The notes beneath the pieces are model-generated. The model made no database searches and was not told the DNA's origin. It was given only the letters and a program-made list of their open reading frames with translations. Positions 63,192-64,000 of a stretch of DNA of 64,000 nucleotides are shown piece after piece. The position numbers and the translations under genes are program-made. Source of the DNA: Octopus sinensis (taxonomy: Eukaryota). The stretch covers positions 54,622,001 to 54,686,000 of the forward strand of contig NC_042998.1 in NCBI RefSeq assembly GCF_006345805.1. Direction: 5' to 3'. Position 1 is the first letter of the stretch; every line of letters begins with the position of its first letter.

Positions 63192-64000
63192 CTGCAATAA
63201 ATGAAATATGAATACAAATTTAGTTTACAAGCAAAAGCAATATGTTGAACAATCTGAAGTAGCAAAGTATTTGGCAGAGAATAACAAGATAGACAGCATT
63301 TTGTTTTGTTTTCTAGTTTCTTTCAGCAGCACTCCTAAGAATCAAATATTTAGTTCTAGTTCTTGGCTTTAGCTACTTTATAACCAGATTTCTTATGAAA
63401 TACATATTTGTCTATGTATTTCAATTAATTTTGAAGATTAATCAAGAATTTTGAAGGAATAAGAAAAATATGTAACTTCCACATGATTAAGCTGGTATCT
63501 AAATAAGGTTTAATGACAAGATTCTTAAACAATCAAAGAAGTGTGTGTATGTGTGAGTGTGTGTGCATGCATGCGTGTATGTGTCTCCTCCACACCCCAC
63601 CCACCCCAATGCAGTCAAAGATATGCAATTTCTGCAACAAAGATGAGATGCCTTTGTTCATAAATATGTGTGATCAAGGTTGATCTGGGACTAAATAATG
63701 ACAACCTCAAGAAACATCATCTGAGTGGAACACAGAATGACAATCAGATCATGTCATATTTAATTTGTTAAAAACCTATAGAGTGTTGTCATCATCATCG
63801 TTTAACATCAACTGTTCCATACTTGCATGGGTTGGATGAAATTTATTGAGGTGGATTTTCTACAACCAGAAGCCCTTCCTGTCACTAATCCTCACCTGTT
63901 TCCAATTAAGATAATTTTTCCCCATAACCAGACATGTTTCCATGGAAGATTGGAAACAAAGGACACTGCTTGCATGACAGTGACACTTGTTTACAAGTAT

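Overview
AT-rich, repeat-dense animal genomic DNA. The SINE/LINE/MITE repertoire looks like an octopus (coleoid cephalopod); this is inferred from repeat style, not a database hit. One host gene is clear: eight small minus-strand GT-AG exons (63127-63191, 36678-36748, 27084-27271, 24362-24526, 20973-21061, 16687-16824, 13675-13740, 2208-2346; 921 nt) splice in matching phase into the N-terminal ~300 aa of a KATNIP/KIAA0556 (katanin-interacting protein) ortholog. The start exon and the rest of the gene lie outside the window. The introns hold three tRNA-derived SINE families, many 5'-truncated RTE-clade LINE copies, Dong/R4-like RLE LINEs in (TAA)n tracts, Helitron, hAT, Tc1/mariner and piggyBac-type non-autonomous elements, a decayed mariner split by a fold-back element, and many microsatellites. 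Most notable: (1) four Penelope-type minimal hammerhead-ribozyme relics, all sense to the KATNIP pre-mRNA, with atypical cores (a G3:C8 swap; an A6U variant in two copies); (2) RTE 3' UTRs built as repeat-spacer arrays around a GTGCCGGTGGCACGTAAAAAGCACC hairpin motif that has re-amplified in separate copies. There is no CRISPR, rRNA or genuine tRNA gene. Repeat boundaries were read by eye and are approximate unless TSDs or splice sites are quoted.
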